A stretch of 47,132 nucleotides of DNA from Chloroflexota bacterium (GCA_016183435.1 JACPEQ010000018.1:1-47132), one strand, 5' to 3'. Counted from the stretch's first letter, positions 27,054 to 35,989 are shown. Notes: a model not told the origin generated them from the letters alone. Numbers and translations: made by a program.

Positions 27054-28469
27054 TTACGAAGCGGATCTGGAGCGGCCTCCCAACGTCTCGCCTCGCTCTT
27101 CCGAAGCGTACTTGGCGAGGGCCCGGTCGAGCACCTCGACGATGTGCAGCACCGGCAGGTCGCTACCACGTGCCTTCAGCCCCGACGCGATCTGCAGCAT
27201 GCATCCCGGGTTCGCGCTGACGACGGCGTCCGCCTTCGTCGAGAGGATCGCCGCGACCTTGGAGGCCTGGAGCGCGTCGGCGTAGGCGGGCTGAGTCACG
27301 TTGTAGGTGCCGGCGCTGCCACAGCACACGTCGGCCTGCGGCATCTCGACGAGGTCGAGTCCTTCGACCCGGCGCAGGAGCGAGCGCGGCTGTGTCCGGA
27401 TGCCCTGCGCGTGCGCGAGGTGACAGGCGTCCTGATAAGTGACCCGCATCCGCAGGCGCCCGAGCGTCGCCGGCAGGTCGGTCGCCGCGAGTTGTTCGCT
27501 CACGTCGCGCACGTTCGCGGCCATCGCCGCGGCGCGCTCACGCCACGCGGGATCGTCCGCGAGCAGCTCGCCCCAGCCCCTCATGTGCGCGCCGCAGCCT
27601 GCGGCGTCGACGACGATCGCGTCGACGTTCGCGCGCTCGAACGCCGCGATGCCGCGGCGCGCGAGTCCGCGAGCGGCGTCGCGGTCTCCGGCGTGCGCGT
27701 GGAGCGCGCCGCAGCAGGCCTGGTCGGGCACATCGACGATCTCGTACCCGAACCGCACCAGGACGCGCGCCGCGGCCGTGTGCACGTCGCCGTACGCCAC
27801 GCGCATCACGCAGCCGAGCAGCAGCGCCACCCGCGCGTGGGGCGCCGGCGGCGGCGCGGGCGCGCGGTATCGCGGACGCGTGAGCGGCGGGTACATCGCC
27901 TCGAGCCGCCGCAGCCGCGACGGCAGAGCGCGCACGAGGCCCGTCGCGTGGAGCAGGCGCCGGATCCCGAGCCGTTCGTAGAGCGATGTGATGCGTGCGA
28001 CGAGATCGAGCACGCGCGGGCGCGCGACGACGCCGCGCAGCAGGATGTCGCGCAGGCGGGACCGCGGCGCGCAAGCGGTGAGCTCGCCGTGTGCGAGCTC
28101 GATGAGACGGCCGTACGGGACGCCGGAGGGGCACGCGGCCTCGCAGGCGCGGCAGCCGAGGCAGCGGTCCAGATGCACGGACACGCTCGGGGTCGGCTCG
28201 ATGCGGCCCTTGGCCAGCGCGTCCATGAGATGGATGCGGCCGCGCGGCGACTCCGTCTCGAGCCCCGTGAGCAGGTACGTGGGGCAGGCCTGCAGGCACA
28301 TCCCGCAGCGGATGCACTGCTGCAGCGCGTCCAGTCCGACCCTCAGCCGGGCAAAGCCCTCCTTCGGGCCCAGGGGTAGGGGCCCCTGTGCGCGAAGCGC
28401 GTGCTCGACCTCGCCGGTTCGGCCCTGCCTCACCGCCTCGGTCTGCGCGCCCAGGGGACGCGCGCTCAC
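27054..28469 (-). CDS. glcF: glycolate oxidase iron-sulfur subunit GlcF
   Basis: CIRCGMCLQACP and CLGCRACEAACP ferredoxin-type motifs plus two CCG domains (QACCGA, DVCCGSAG). The only in-frame starts upstream of the first Cys motif are GTG 28469 (GTGA overlap with the glcE stop) and GTG 28433. Both make the N-terminus repeat-encoded. Confidence 0.85.
   Translation of the reverse strand: MSARPLGAQTEAVRQGRTGEVEHALRAQGPLPLGPKEGFARLRVGLDALQQCIRCGMCLQACPTYLLTGLETESPRGRIHLMDALAKGRIEPTPSVSVHLDRCLGCRACEAACPSGVPYGRLIELAHGELTACAPRSRLRDILLRGVVARPRVLDLVARITSLYERLGIRRLLHATGLVRALPSRLRRLEAMYPPLTRPRYRAPAPPPAPHARVALLLGCVMRVAYGDVHTAAARVLVRFGYEIVDVPDQACCGALHAHAGDRDAARGLARRGIAAFERANVDAIVVDAAGCGAHMRGWGELLADDPAWRERAAAMAANVRDVSEQLAATDLPATLGRLRMRVTYQDACHLAHAQGIRTQPRSLLRRVEGLDLVEMPQADVCCGSAGTYNVTQPAYADALQASKVAAILSTKADAVVSANPGCMLQIASGLKARGSDLPVLHIVEVLDRALAKYASEERGETLGGRSRSAS
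28334..28460 (-). repeat. repeat family 1, copy D (long form), embedded between glcE and the conserved part of glcF
   Basis: The reverse complement reads cgtcccctgggcgcgcagaccgaggcg...gaggtcgagcacgcgcttcgcgcacaggggcccc...ggctgagggtcgga. It shares the long-form insert with copy G. Confidence 0.85.
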
Positions 28470-29611
28470 GGCATGCGGCCCGGCGCGAGGACGGCGCGGG
28501 GATCGAACAGGGACCGCAGCCGGCGCGACAGCTCGAGAGGGATGCGTGGCGTACCCCACGTGCCCGCCGCGCGGCGCAACTCGGTGGGGGCGCGTTCGAT
28601 CACGAGCGCGCCCGCGGAGGATTCGGCGGCGCCGCGGACGCCGCGCAGGGTCTCGGCGTCGGTCTCGTCGAGGAGGTGCGCGATCTCGATCCCGGGGTAC
28701 CAGAGCGAGTTCGCCGTGTAGGCCTCGACCGGCTCGCCCGCGGGCCAGGTCCCGCGGAGGGACGTGGCCGCGTCCGCCGGCAGATCGGCGATGCGCCGCC
28801 ACACGTCGTGCCCGACATCGGCCATCGCCGTCCGCCGCTCGAGGGTCGCGCGCAGGCGATCGACGGCGGCGCGCGTGCCCGCGAGGCGCGTGAAGAGCGC
28901 GGTCCACGTCGGACCGCCGAGAGGTTCGGTCTGCGGCCCGGTGACGAGCGCGATCGCGTCGAAGGGTGGCCGCTCCCGCATCAGGTCGCGGACCATGCGG
29001 TACGCGTGCGCGAGCGTCGGCATGTCCGCGCGCACGGTGAGACGGTGCTCCGGCAGCGGCACGAGCTTCAGCGTCACCTCGACGATCGCGCAGAGCGTCC
29101 CGAACGACCCGCTGTACAGGCGTGTGAGGTCGTATCCGGTCACGTTCTTCACCACGCGGCCGCCGGCCTTCGTGGCCGTGCCGTCGCCGAGGACCGCACG
29201 GACGCCGATGGTCCAGTCGCGCGGGTGGAAGTAGCGGTAGCGCGCCGGGCCGTCCGCGGCGCTCGCGATGGTGCCGCCGACCGTGGCGCGTTCGGGATGC
29301 GCCGCCTCGACCGGCCACCACTGGCCGTGCGCCACGAGCGCGGCCTGCAGCTCCGCCATCGTCGTGCCGGCGCGCACCGTGACGGTGAGGTCCGCGGGCT
29401 GGTGGTCGACGATGCCGCGATGCCCGCGCAGGTCGAGCGCGACGTCGTATCGCTCCGGCGGGTCGCCGATGCCGATCCGGGTGCCGCCGCCCCAGATCAC
29501 GATCGCCGAACGGTCCTCGTTGGCCGCGCGGATCGCGCTCACGACATCGGCCTCGCTCTCCGCGGCGACGTGGTGGCGCGGCACCATGCCGTCGATCGTG
29601 AACGCGGCCAC
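28466..29611 (-). CDS. glcE: glycolate oxidase FAD-binding subunit GlcE
   Basis: FAD/PCMH-type domain (IVIWGGGTRIGIG, VTVRAGTTMAELQAAL, VKNVTGYDLTRLYSGSFGTL). GTG 29611 chosen, with ATG 29587 as an alternative. It is the real part of track ORF 28466..30154. Confidence 0.85.
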   Translation of the reverse strand: MAAFTIDGMVPRHHVAAESEADVVSAIRAANEDRSAIVIWGGGTRIGIGDPPERYDVALDLRGHRGIVDHQPADLTVTVRAGTTMAELQAALVAHGQWWPVEAAHPERATVGGTIASAADGPARYRYFHPRDWTIGVRAVLGDGTATKAGGRVVKNVTGYDLTRLYSGSFGTLCAIVEVTLKLVPLPEHRLTVRADMPTLAHAYRMVRDLMRERPPFDAIALVTGPQTEPLGGPTWTALFTRLAGTRAAVDRLRATLERRTAMADVGHDVWRRIADLPADAATSLRGTWPAGEPVEAYTANSLWYPGIEIAHLLDETDAETLRGVRGAAESSAGALVIERAPTELRRAAGTWGTPRIPLELSRRLRSLFDPRAVLAPGRMP

Positions 29612-29623
29612 GTCGTTGAGAAC

Positions 29624-29659
29624 GGGGGGTGGAAGGGGGGCGGAGCCCCCCTGCGAGGA
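29624..29659 (+). repeat. repeat family 2 (G/C hairpin element), copy 2
   Basis: ggggggtggaaggggggcggagcccccctgcgagga in the 53-nt glcD-glcE gap. Same absolute strand as copy 1. Confidence 0.8.
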
Positions 29660-29664
29660 AGGTG

Positions 29665-31095
29665 CTACACCCACATGCCCTCCGCCAGAGCGCGCTTGAT
29701 CCGGTCGGTCGGGATGTCGGAGCATCCTCCGGCGCCGGGCAGGATCTTCCCCGGATTCATGCGGCCGTCGGGGTCGAACGCATCGCGCGCGCGACGCATC
29801 GCGTCGAGGTCCTCCGGTGCGAAGACCCATGGCATGAAGTGGTCCTTCTCGAGGCCGATGCCGTGCTCGCCCGAGAGCATGCCGCCGGCGTCGACGGCGA
29901 CCTTGAGGATCTCGGCGCTCGCCTGCATGACGCGCTCGATCGGATCGGTCCGCGCGTCGAAGAGCAGGATCGGGTGCAGGTTGCCGTCGCCGATGTGGAA
30001 CATGTTCGCGGTGACGTAGCCGTAGCGCTCCGCGATCGCGTTCACCGCGGCCAGGACCTCGGGGACCTTCGTGCGCGGAACGACCGCGTCGTGCAGGTAG
30101 TTGTTCGGCTTGATGCGCGCGAGGGCCGTGTATCCGAGCTTCCGCGCCTTCCACAGCCGATCACGCTCCTCCGCGGTCTTCGCGGAGCGCGTCCCGAACC
30201 CGCCCGCGTCCGCGCAGATCCGCTCTATCCGCGCGACCTCGTCCGTGCACTCCTCGACGAGCCCCTCGACCTCGACGAGGAGGAGGGAGCCCGCCTCCTG
30301 GGGAAGGTGCGCGTCGAACGCGGCGTTCAGTGCCTGGATCGTGACGCGGTCGATCATCTCCATGGCCGCGGGCACGATCCCCGCGCCGATGATCGCGCTC
30401 GCGGCCTGCGCGCCGGTCGCGATGTCCGGGAAGAGCGCGAGGAACGTGTGCACGTGCTCGGGGAGCGGCAGCAGGCGCAGCCACGCCTTCGTGACGATCC
30501 CGAGCGTGCCCTCGCTCCCGACGATCAAGGGAACGGCGTCGTAGCCGGGGAGGTCGACGGCGCGGCCGCCGAACGTGGCCACCGTGCCGTCGGCGAGCAC
30601 CATCTCGACGCCGAGCACGTGGTCGACGACCGAGCCGTAGCGGAGGGCATGCGGACCCCCCGCGTTGGTGCCGATGTTGCCGCCGATGGTCGAGCAGCGC
30701 TGGCTCGAGGGGTCCGGCGCGAAGAAGAGGCCATGCGGCCGCACGGCTTCCTGAAGGTCGAGGTTGACGACGCCCGGCTCCACGAGCGCGGCGCGGCTCT
30801 GGGGATCGATCGCGATGATCCGCCGCAGCCGCGACGTCGAGACGACGATCGCGTCGCCACAGGCGATGGTCCCGCCCGCGAGGCCCGTGCCCGCGCCGCG
30901 CGGCACGACCGCGACACCCGCATCACGCGCGGCGCGCACCACCGCCCCGACCTCGTCGGCGCTCCCGGGCACGACGACGGCGGACGGCGGCCGGCGGTCG
31001 AAGCCGGCGTCGTACTCGAAGACGATCAGCTCCTCCGGTGTGCTGAGGACGTTCTCTCGACCGCAGATGGAGACGAGTCGGTCGATGAGGTCCAT
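29665..31095 (-). CDS. glcD: glycolate oxidase subunit GlcD (FAD-linked oxidase)
   Basis: ATG 31095 (MDLIDRLVSICG...). VVPRGAGTGLAGG, GSEGTLGIVT, GMLSGEHGIGLEK. It is the C-terminal 476 aa of the 1135-aa track ORF. Confidence 0.9.
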   Translation of the reverse strand: MDLIDRLVSICGRENVLSTPEELIVFEYDAGFDRRPPSAVVVPGSADEVGAVVRAARDAGVAVVPRGAGTGLAGGTIACGDAIVVSTSRLRRIIAIDPQSRAALVEPGVVNLDLQEAVRPHGLFFAPDPSSQRCSTIGGNIGTNAGGPHALRYGSVVDHVLGVEMVLADGTVATFGGRAVDLPGYDAVPLIVGSEGTLGIVTKAWLRLLPLPEHVHTFLALFPDIATGAQAASAIIGAGIVPAAMEMIDRVTIQALNAAFDAHLPQEAGSLLLVEVEGLVEECTDEVARIERICADAGGFGTRSAKTAEERDRLWKARKLGYTALARIKPNNYLHDAVVPRTKVPEVLAAVNAIAERYGYVTANMFHIGDGNLHPILLFDARTDPIERVMQASAEILKVAVDAGGMLSGEHGIGLEKDHFMPWVFAPEDLDAMRRARDAFDPDGRMNPGKILPGAGGCSDIPTDRIKRALAEGMWV

Positions 31096-31148
31096 CTTGG
31101 GCAGGATACCGACGACGTGGGCGCCGCGCGGCGAGCCGCTACGCCAGC

Positions 31149-31817
31149 TTAGGCGTGTTCTTCGATCCAGACGGCGCCGTCGTCGGTGAACTCCTTCTTC
31201 CAGATGGGGACGACGCTCTTCAGCTCGTCGATGGCCTGGCGCGCGGCGGCGAATGCCGCGTCGCGGTGCGGCGCGCCCGCGGCGACGACCACGGCCGTGT
31301 CGCCGATCGCGAGATCGCCGATGCGGTGATGCATCGCCACCTTCGCGGGGGCGTGCTCGCGCTCCAGGCGGTCGCTGATCTCTCGCATCTTGCCTTCGGC
31401 CATCTCGGCATAAGCCTCGTACTCGAGGTGCGTGACGCGCTTGCCGCGGCTGCGGTCGCGGACCGTGCCGAGGAACACGACGAGACCGCCGAAGCCGTCG
31501 TCGCGGACCGCGTCGAGGACCTCGTCCACCGACAGCGGATCCGTCGTGACGTGGATGCGTTCGCGCGCGCGCGCCGCGCCGCCCGAGACGGGCGGGATGA
31601 GCGCGAGCTCGTCGCCGTCGGCGAGCGGAGCTTCGACGTCCACGTACTCGCGGTTGCGCGCGATGACCAGCTGGCGTCCTTCGGCGACGAGCGGGTGCTG
31701 CTTGAGGACGGCGCGGATCGCGTCGCGCGCCGTCGAGCCCTCGGGAAGCTCCAGCGGGACGTGGCCGACGCCCGCCGCCTCGCGGTACGACGCGAACAGG
31801 CGGACGTTCACTCTCAC
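31149..31817 (-). CDS. fused molybdopterin synthase MoaD-MoaE
   Basis: The N-terminal 80 aa are MoaD-like and end in ALIPPVSGG. The rest is MoaE-like (GGLVVFLGTVRD, HLEYEAYAEMAE, HRIGDLAIGDTAVVVAAGAPHR, PIWKKE). Confidence 0.85.
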   Translation of the reverse strand: MRVNVRLFASYREAAGVGHVPLELPEGSTARDAIRAVLKQHPLVAEGRQLVIARNREYVDVEAPLADGDELALIPPVSGGAARARERIHVTTDPLSVDEVLDAVRDDGFGGLVVFLGTVRDRSRGKRVTHLEYEAYAEMAEGKMREISDRLEREHAPAKVAMHHRIGDLAIGDTAVVVAAGAPHRDAAFAAARQAIDELKSVVPIWKKEFTDDGAVWIEEHA

Positions 31818-31845
31818 GGGGCCAGTCTAGATACCATGGGTGCGC

Positions 31846-33156
31846 ATGGACCTCGGCGCGGCAGTGCCCGCGCTGCTCCTCACGCTGCTGCTCCTCGTCA
31901 CGAACGGCTTCTTCGTCATGGCGGAGTACGCGATCGTCCGCGTGCGCCGCACCCGGCTCGTTGAGCTCGGCGACGCGGGGAGCCGCCGCGCGCGGCTCGC
32001 TCTCCGCATCAACGACTCTCTGGACGACTACATCTCGACGGTCCAGGTGGGCGTCACCGCGGCCTCTCTCGGCATCGGCATCATCGGCGAGCCGGCCGTC
32101 GGGGCGCTGCTGGCGCCGATCCTCGGGTTGCTCACCCCGATCTCCGAGGGGCTGTTCCGTGCCGTCAGCTTCGTCGTCTCGTATGGGCTGATCACCTACG
32201 TCACGCTCGTGGCGAGCGAGCTGGCGCCGAAGTACATCGCCCTGGAGCACGCGGCCCCGCTGGCGTTGGCGACCGCCTATCCGCTTCACATCGCGTACCG
32301 CGTCCTGTTCCCGTTCGTCTGGCTGGTGAATCGGGGTGCGGGCGCGCTCGTTCGGCTCTTTGGGGTCCATCCGACGAGCGAGCTTGACGTCATGAGCGAA
32401 GAGGAGCTCAAGATGCTCGTCGCCGCGTCGACGAAGAAGGGCGTCCTCGCCGAGTCCGAGCGGGTGCTCTTGGGCCGTGCCCTGGACTTCGCGGACACGA
32501 TGGTGCGGCAGGTCATGGTCCCGAGGACCGAGATCGTCGCGGTCGCGCAGGACCAGCCGCTGCGCGAGCTGCGGGACCTGACCCGGGAGCATCCGTTCAC
32601 GCGGTTCCCGGTCTTCCACGCCGACCTCGACCACATCGTGGGCGTCGTCCACATCAAGGACCTCGTGCCCGCCCAGGACCTCAGCCGCCCGCTGCGCGAC
32701 GTCATGCGGCGTCCGCTGTTCCTGCCGGAGACGACACGGCTCGACCGAGCCCTCGCCGAGTTCAAGCGGCAGCGCATGCAGCTGGGCATCGTCGTCGACG
32801 AGTTCGGCGGCACGGCCGGCCTCGTCACGATCGAGGATGTCCTCGAGCAGCTCGTCGGCGAGGTGCAGGACGAGTTCGACCGGGAGACGCCGCACTTCCG
32901 GACCGAGCCGAGCGGGACCGTCCTGGTGGACGGCCTCGCGTCCGTGGCGGAGCTGCGCGAGCGGCTGGCGATCGAGCTCGCCGAGGAGCGCTACGACACG
33001 GTCGGCGGGCTCGTGTTCGGGCGGCTCGGCCGCCTCGCCAAGGTGGGGGACACGGTCGACGTCGAGGGGCACCGCTTCGGCGTCGTCGCGGTCGAGGGCC
33101 GCCGCGTGGCCCAGGTCCGCGTACAGAGGGCGTCTCCGAGGCCGCCGGCACGATGA
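31846..33156 (+). CDS. hemolysin/CorC/CNNM family protein (DUF21, CBS pair, CorC_HlyC domains)
   Basis: TNGFFVMAEYAIVRVRRTRL (DUF21), a CBS region, and C-terminal GGLVFGRLGRLAKVGDTVDVEGHRFGV. ATG 31846 (GTG 31840 is an alternative). Confidence 0.85.
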   Translation: MDLGAAVPALLLTLLLLVTNGFFVMAEYAIVRVRRTRLVELGDAGSRRARLALRINDSLDDYISTVQVGVTAASLGIGIIGEPAVGALLAPILGLLTPISEGLFRAVSFVVSYGLITYVTLVASELAPKYIALEHAAPLALATAYPLHIAYRVLFPFVWLVNRGAGALVRLFGVHPTSELDVMSEEELKMLVAASTKKGVLAESERVLLGRALDFADTMVRQVMVPRTEIVAVAQDQPLRELRDLTREHPFTRFPVFHADLDHIVGVVHIKDLVPAQDLSRPLRDVMRRPLFLPETTRLDRALAEFKRQRMQLGIVVDEFGGTAGLVTIEDVLEQLVGEVQDEFDRETPHFRTEPSGTVLVDGLASVAELRERLAIELAEERYDTVGGLVFGRLGRLAKVGDTVDVEGHRFGVVAVEGRRVAQVRVQRASPRPPAR

Positions 33157-33629
33157 CCGTGGCCCCGGACGACCTCCGGCGCGTCGCCGGGCGTTTCCCG
33201 ACCGGTGTCGCCGTGGTCACGACCACCCATGAGGGCCGGCCGTGCGGCCTGACCGTGAACAGCTTCGCCTCGGTCTCGCTCGATCCGCCGCTGGTGCTCG
33301 TCTGCGTGTCGCAGGCGGCGCGGGCGTTCAAGTGCATCGACGCGGAGGGACGCTTCACCGTGAACGTGCTGGCGGAAGGGCAGGACGCCCTCGCGCGCCT
33401 CTTCGCGAGCACGGTCTCGGACAAGTTCGCCGACGTCGCCCATCGGCCCTCCCCCCACGGCGACCCGGTCCTCGACGGCGTCCACGCCTGGTTCGACTGC
33501 GAGGTCGTCGCGCGCCACGGCGGCGGGCGCACACACACCATCTACGTCGCTCGGGTGACGGCGCTCGCGGAGGGCAGCGGCCGTCCGCTCGTCTTCCACG
33601 GCGGGAAGTACGGGGGCCTCGGGACCTAG
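33153..33629 (+). CDS. flavin reductase family protein
   Basis: FPTGVAVVTTTHEGRPCGLTVNSFASVSLDPPLVLVCV. ATGA overlap with the upstream gene. Confidence 0.85.
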   Translation: MTVAPDDLRRVAGRFPTGVAVVTTTHEGRPCGLTVNSFASVSLDPPLVLVCVSQAARAFKCIDAEGRFTVNVLAEGQDALARLFASTVSDKFADVAHRPSPHGDPVLDGVHAWFDCEVVARHGGGRTHTIYVARVTALAEGSGRPLVFHGGKYGGLGT

Positions 33630-33771
33630 CGCGATCCGGTTCTGACACCACAGCGCAGGCATCGTCGCGTTCAGTTACCCGAACGCTGTCACGAGCGGCG
33701 GCAGCTCGACAGGCCTGGCACGCGGGATGCGTCCGTGGATCGTGGAACGACGACGAAAAGGGAGGCCCCCG

Positions 33772-33999
33772 ATGGACCTCTTCCAGGCGATCGCCAGCGA
33801 CGATGGGATCCTGCTCTTCTCTCTCGCCGGCCTCGTCGCCACGACGGTCGCGATCCTTACAGACACGAGGTCGCAGAAGGCCGGCCCGGCCCGCGCCTCG
33901 GTGCGGACCGACCGCTACGAGGGCCTGTTCACCACGGCGTCGACGAGGGCACGCACGAACGTGCCGAGCTCCGAGAAGCGGTCACCCCACCACGCCTGA
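33772..33999 (+). CDS. small hypothetical protein (75 aa), N-terminal hydrophobic segment
   Basis: AAGGGAGG Shine-Dalgarno sequence 7 nt before ATG 33772. GC3 bias is good in the first half and weaker in the 3' part, which overlaps the convergent ORF. Confidence 0.4.
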   Translation: MDLFQAIASDDGILLFSLAGLVATTVAILTDTRSQKAGPARASVRTDRYEGLFTTASTRARTNVPSSEKRSPHHA

Positions 34000-34109
34000 C
34001 TGCGCGGGTCGAGCAGGACCAGCAGCGCCGTGGTGATGAACAGCACCAGCGCCACCATCGCCACGAACGCCAAGACGTTCCAGCGGAACGTCGGGCCGCG
34101 CGAAGTCAC
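33915..34109 (-). CDS. small membrane protein (64 aa) coupled to parB
   Basis: GTG 34109 overlaps the parB TAG by 1 nt. One clear TM segment (VLAFVAMVALVLFITTALLVLL). Strong GC3. Confidence 0.5.
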   Translation of the reverse strand: MTSRGPTFRWNVLAFVAMVALVLFITTALLVLLDPRSQAWWGDRFSELGTFVRALVDAVVNRPS

Positions 34110-35056
34110 TAGCTCGTGCTGCGGATACGGGCGACGAGATTGTCCAGGCGGGCGCGCGAGATGGTGAGGAACTTCGCCAGGTTCTGACGGTCGCCGTCGG
34201 GCACATCGGCCGCCGCGTCCACCGCGCCGGCCAGCTCCATGAGCGCCTCGTTCAGCTTGCGCGTCGCCAGGATCATCGCGTCATCCCGCAGGGCCGGCGT
34301 CTGGTCCTCTTCCTTGTCTTCCCTCGGCGGGCGCCCGACCGGGTCCAGGATGCGCTCTACCCGCTCGTGCAGCCTCAGGAGCGTCATCTCGCCGGAGAGC
34401 ACCCGCTTGACCAGCGCCCGGCGCTTGCGCTTGTCGTCGAGCTTCATCAGCTCGTACGCGTGCGTGATGGTGTCGTAGCGCTGGGCGACCATCTCCTTGA
34501 CGTCGTCGGGCGCGTTCGCGAGGCGAAGGCGGTTCTCGACGTAGCCCTTGTCCTTGCCGAGCTTCCCGGCGAGCCCGCGGATCGAGTACCCGAGCTCGGT
34601 CGTCATCTTGTTGTAGATGAAGGCCTCGTCGAGCGGCGAGAGATCCTCGCGCTGGAGGTTCTCGATGAGCGCGATCTCGAGGGCCGTCGCGTCGTCGAAG
34701 CGCTCGACGATCGCGGGGATCGTCTCGCGCTTCGCCATCTTGGAGGCGCGCCAGCGGCGCTCGCCGGCGATGAACTCGTAGCTCTCGCCGGCGGCGGGAC
34801 GGACGAGGATCGGCTGCAGCACGCCGTGCTCGGTGATCGAGGCGGCGAGCTCCTTGAGCGTCTCCTCGTGCCACGTCATGCGCGGCTGCGATGGGTTCGG
34901 CTGGATCTTGTCGACGGGGATGTCGCGCACCGCGGTCGGCGCGCGCGAGGCCAGCAGGCGGATGATCCCGTTCTGCGGATCCGCCTGCTCCTGCTGGAAG
35001 ATGCGGCTGCCGGCGTCGCGGAAGGACTTCGAGCGCGAGCGCTCGCTAGTGAGCAT
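34109..35056 (-). CDS. parB: ParB/Spo0J family partition protein
   Basis: IPVDKIQPNPSQPR, HGVLQPILVR, IAGERRWRA, ENLQREDLSPLDEA. ATG 35056 overlaps the parA end by 11 nt. Confidence 0.9.
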   Translation of the reverse strand: MLTSERSRSKSFRDAGSRIFQQEQADPQNGIIRLLASRAPTAVRDIPVDKIQPNPSQPRMTWHEETLKELAASITEHGVLQPILVRPAAGESYEFIAGERRWRASKMAKRETIPAIVERFDDATALEIALIENLQREDLSPLDEAFIYNKMTTELGYSIRGLAGKLGKDKGYVENRLRLANAPDDVKEMVAQRYDTITHAYELMKLDDKRKRRALVKRVLSGEMTLLRLHERVERILDPVGRPPREDKEEDQTPALRDDAMILATRKLNEALMELAGAVDAAADVPDGDRQNLAKFLTISRARLDNLVARIRSTS

Positions 35057-35825
35057 TCGCCACCTCCTTCGCGAGGTCCATGAAGCTCTTCGCGGCGTCC
35101 GACCGCGCGTCATACGTCGTGATGGGCACGCCCGCCGTGGGCGCTTCGCCGATCTTCACCGACTGCCGGATGACCGTGCGGAAGACCTGGTGGTCACCGA
35201 GGTCCTTCAGCGAGTCGAGCATGTCGCGCGCGAGGATCGTGCGGCTGTCGTAGAAGGTCGGCAGGAGCCCGAGCACCTGCAGCCGCGGGTTCAGCCGGGT
35301 CTGCACGGTCTTGATGATCTTCAGCAGCGCCGCGACGCCCTTCAGGGCGTAGTACTGCGTCTGCACCGGGATGATCACGCCGTCGGCCGCGACGAGCGCG
35401 TTCAGCGTGAGCAGCCCCAGCGTGGGCGGGCAGTCGATGAGGATGTGCGAGTAGCGGTCGATGACGTCGGCGGTCAGCTTGTCGCGCAGGGCCAGCTCGC
35501 GACCGATCGCCGTCATGAGCTCGACCTCCGCGGACGACAGCTCGATCGTGGTCGGCGCGGCGTCGAGGTTCTTCGTCTTGGTCGCGCGGATGACGGACAT
35601 GAGCGGGACGTCGGACTCGACCATGACCTGCGCCATGCCGTGCTCGACGCTGTTGAGGTCGATGCCGAGCCCGACGGTCAGGTTGCCCTGCGGATCGAGG
35701 TCGATGCAGAGGACCCGGTGGCCCATCGCTGCGAGCGCGCCACCGAGGTTGATGGCGCACGTCGTCTTGCCGACGCCGCCTTTTTGGTTCGCGATCGCGA
35801 TGATGCGTCCCAAGGCGCCTCCCAT
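35046..35825 (-). CDS. parA: ParA family partition ATPase
   Basis: Deviant Walker A IAIANQKGGVGKTT, and CIDLDPQGNLT. ATG 35825. Confidence 0.9.
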   Translation of the reverse strand: MGGALGRIIAIANQKGGVGKTTCAINLGGALAAMGHRVLCIDLDPQGNLTVGLGIDLNSVEHGMAQVMVESDVPLMSVIRATKTKNLDAAPTTIELSSAEVELMTAIGRELALRDKLTADVIDRYSHILIDCPPTLGLLTLNALVAADGVIIPVQTQYYALKGVAALLKIIKTVQTRLNPRLQVLGLLPTFYDSRTILARDMLDSLKDLGDHQVFRTVIRQSVKIGEAPTAGVPITTYDARSDAAKSFMDLAKEVANAH

Positions 35826-35917
35826 GGCGAGACTTCCGTGACCGTCTCCCCATGGCGCGTGGAAGCGGCGCGCCTCGGTCCCTGCGGGAACTATACGCGA
35901 CAATAGGTAGTGAGACG

Positions 35918-35989
35918 CGGCCGGTAGCTCAGTGGCAGAGCGGCAAACTCATAATTTGCTGGTCCCAGGTTCGATCCCTGGCCGGCCGA
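35918..35989 (+). tRNA. tRNA-Met (anticodon CAT), elongator type
   Basis: Cloverleaf by hand: acceptor CGGCCGG/CCGGCCG, D arm GCTC-AGTGGCA-GAGC, anticodon arm GCAAA-CTCATAA-TTTGC, T arm CCAGG-TTCGATC-CCTGG. C1-G72 is paired and the anticodon stem has no GGG/CCC, so it is not an initiator. tRNA-Ile2 (lysidine) cannot be excluded. No CCA encoded. Confidence 0.85.

Noticed and set aside
28470-29321. N-terminal extension of ORF 27054..29321 (-), which would give a 755-aa GlcF
   Set aside because: This stretch overlaps glcE in another frame and has no homology-like content. GlcF most plausibly begins at GTG 28469 or 28433.
31096-33072. N-terminal 659 aa of the 1135-aa ORF 29665..33072 (-)
   Set aside because: Only the C-terminal 476 aa (from ATG 31095) is GlcD. 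The upstream part runs antisense through the CNNM gene and out of frame through moaDE, and reads as Arg/Asp/Pro-rich noise.
34109-35917. parS site near parAB (searched by eye for TGTTNCACGTGAAACA-like palindromes); also tRNA-Met as an integration hotspot
   Set aside because: I could spot no convincing parS-like palindrome in the window. No integrase, att-like direct repeat of the tRNA 3' end, or phage genes flank the tRNA.
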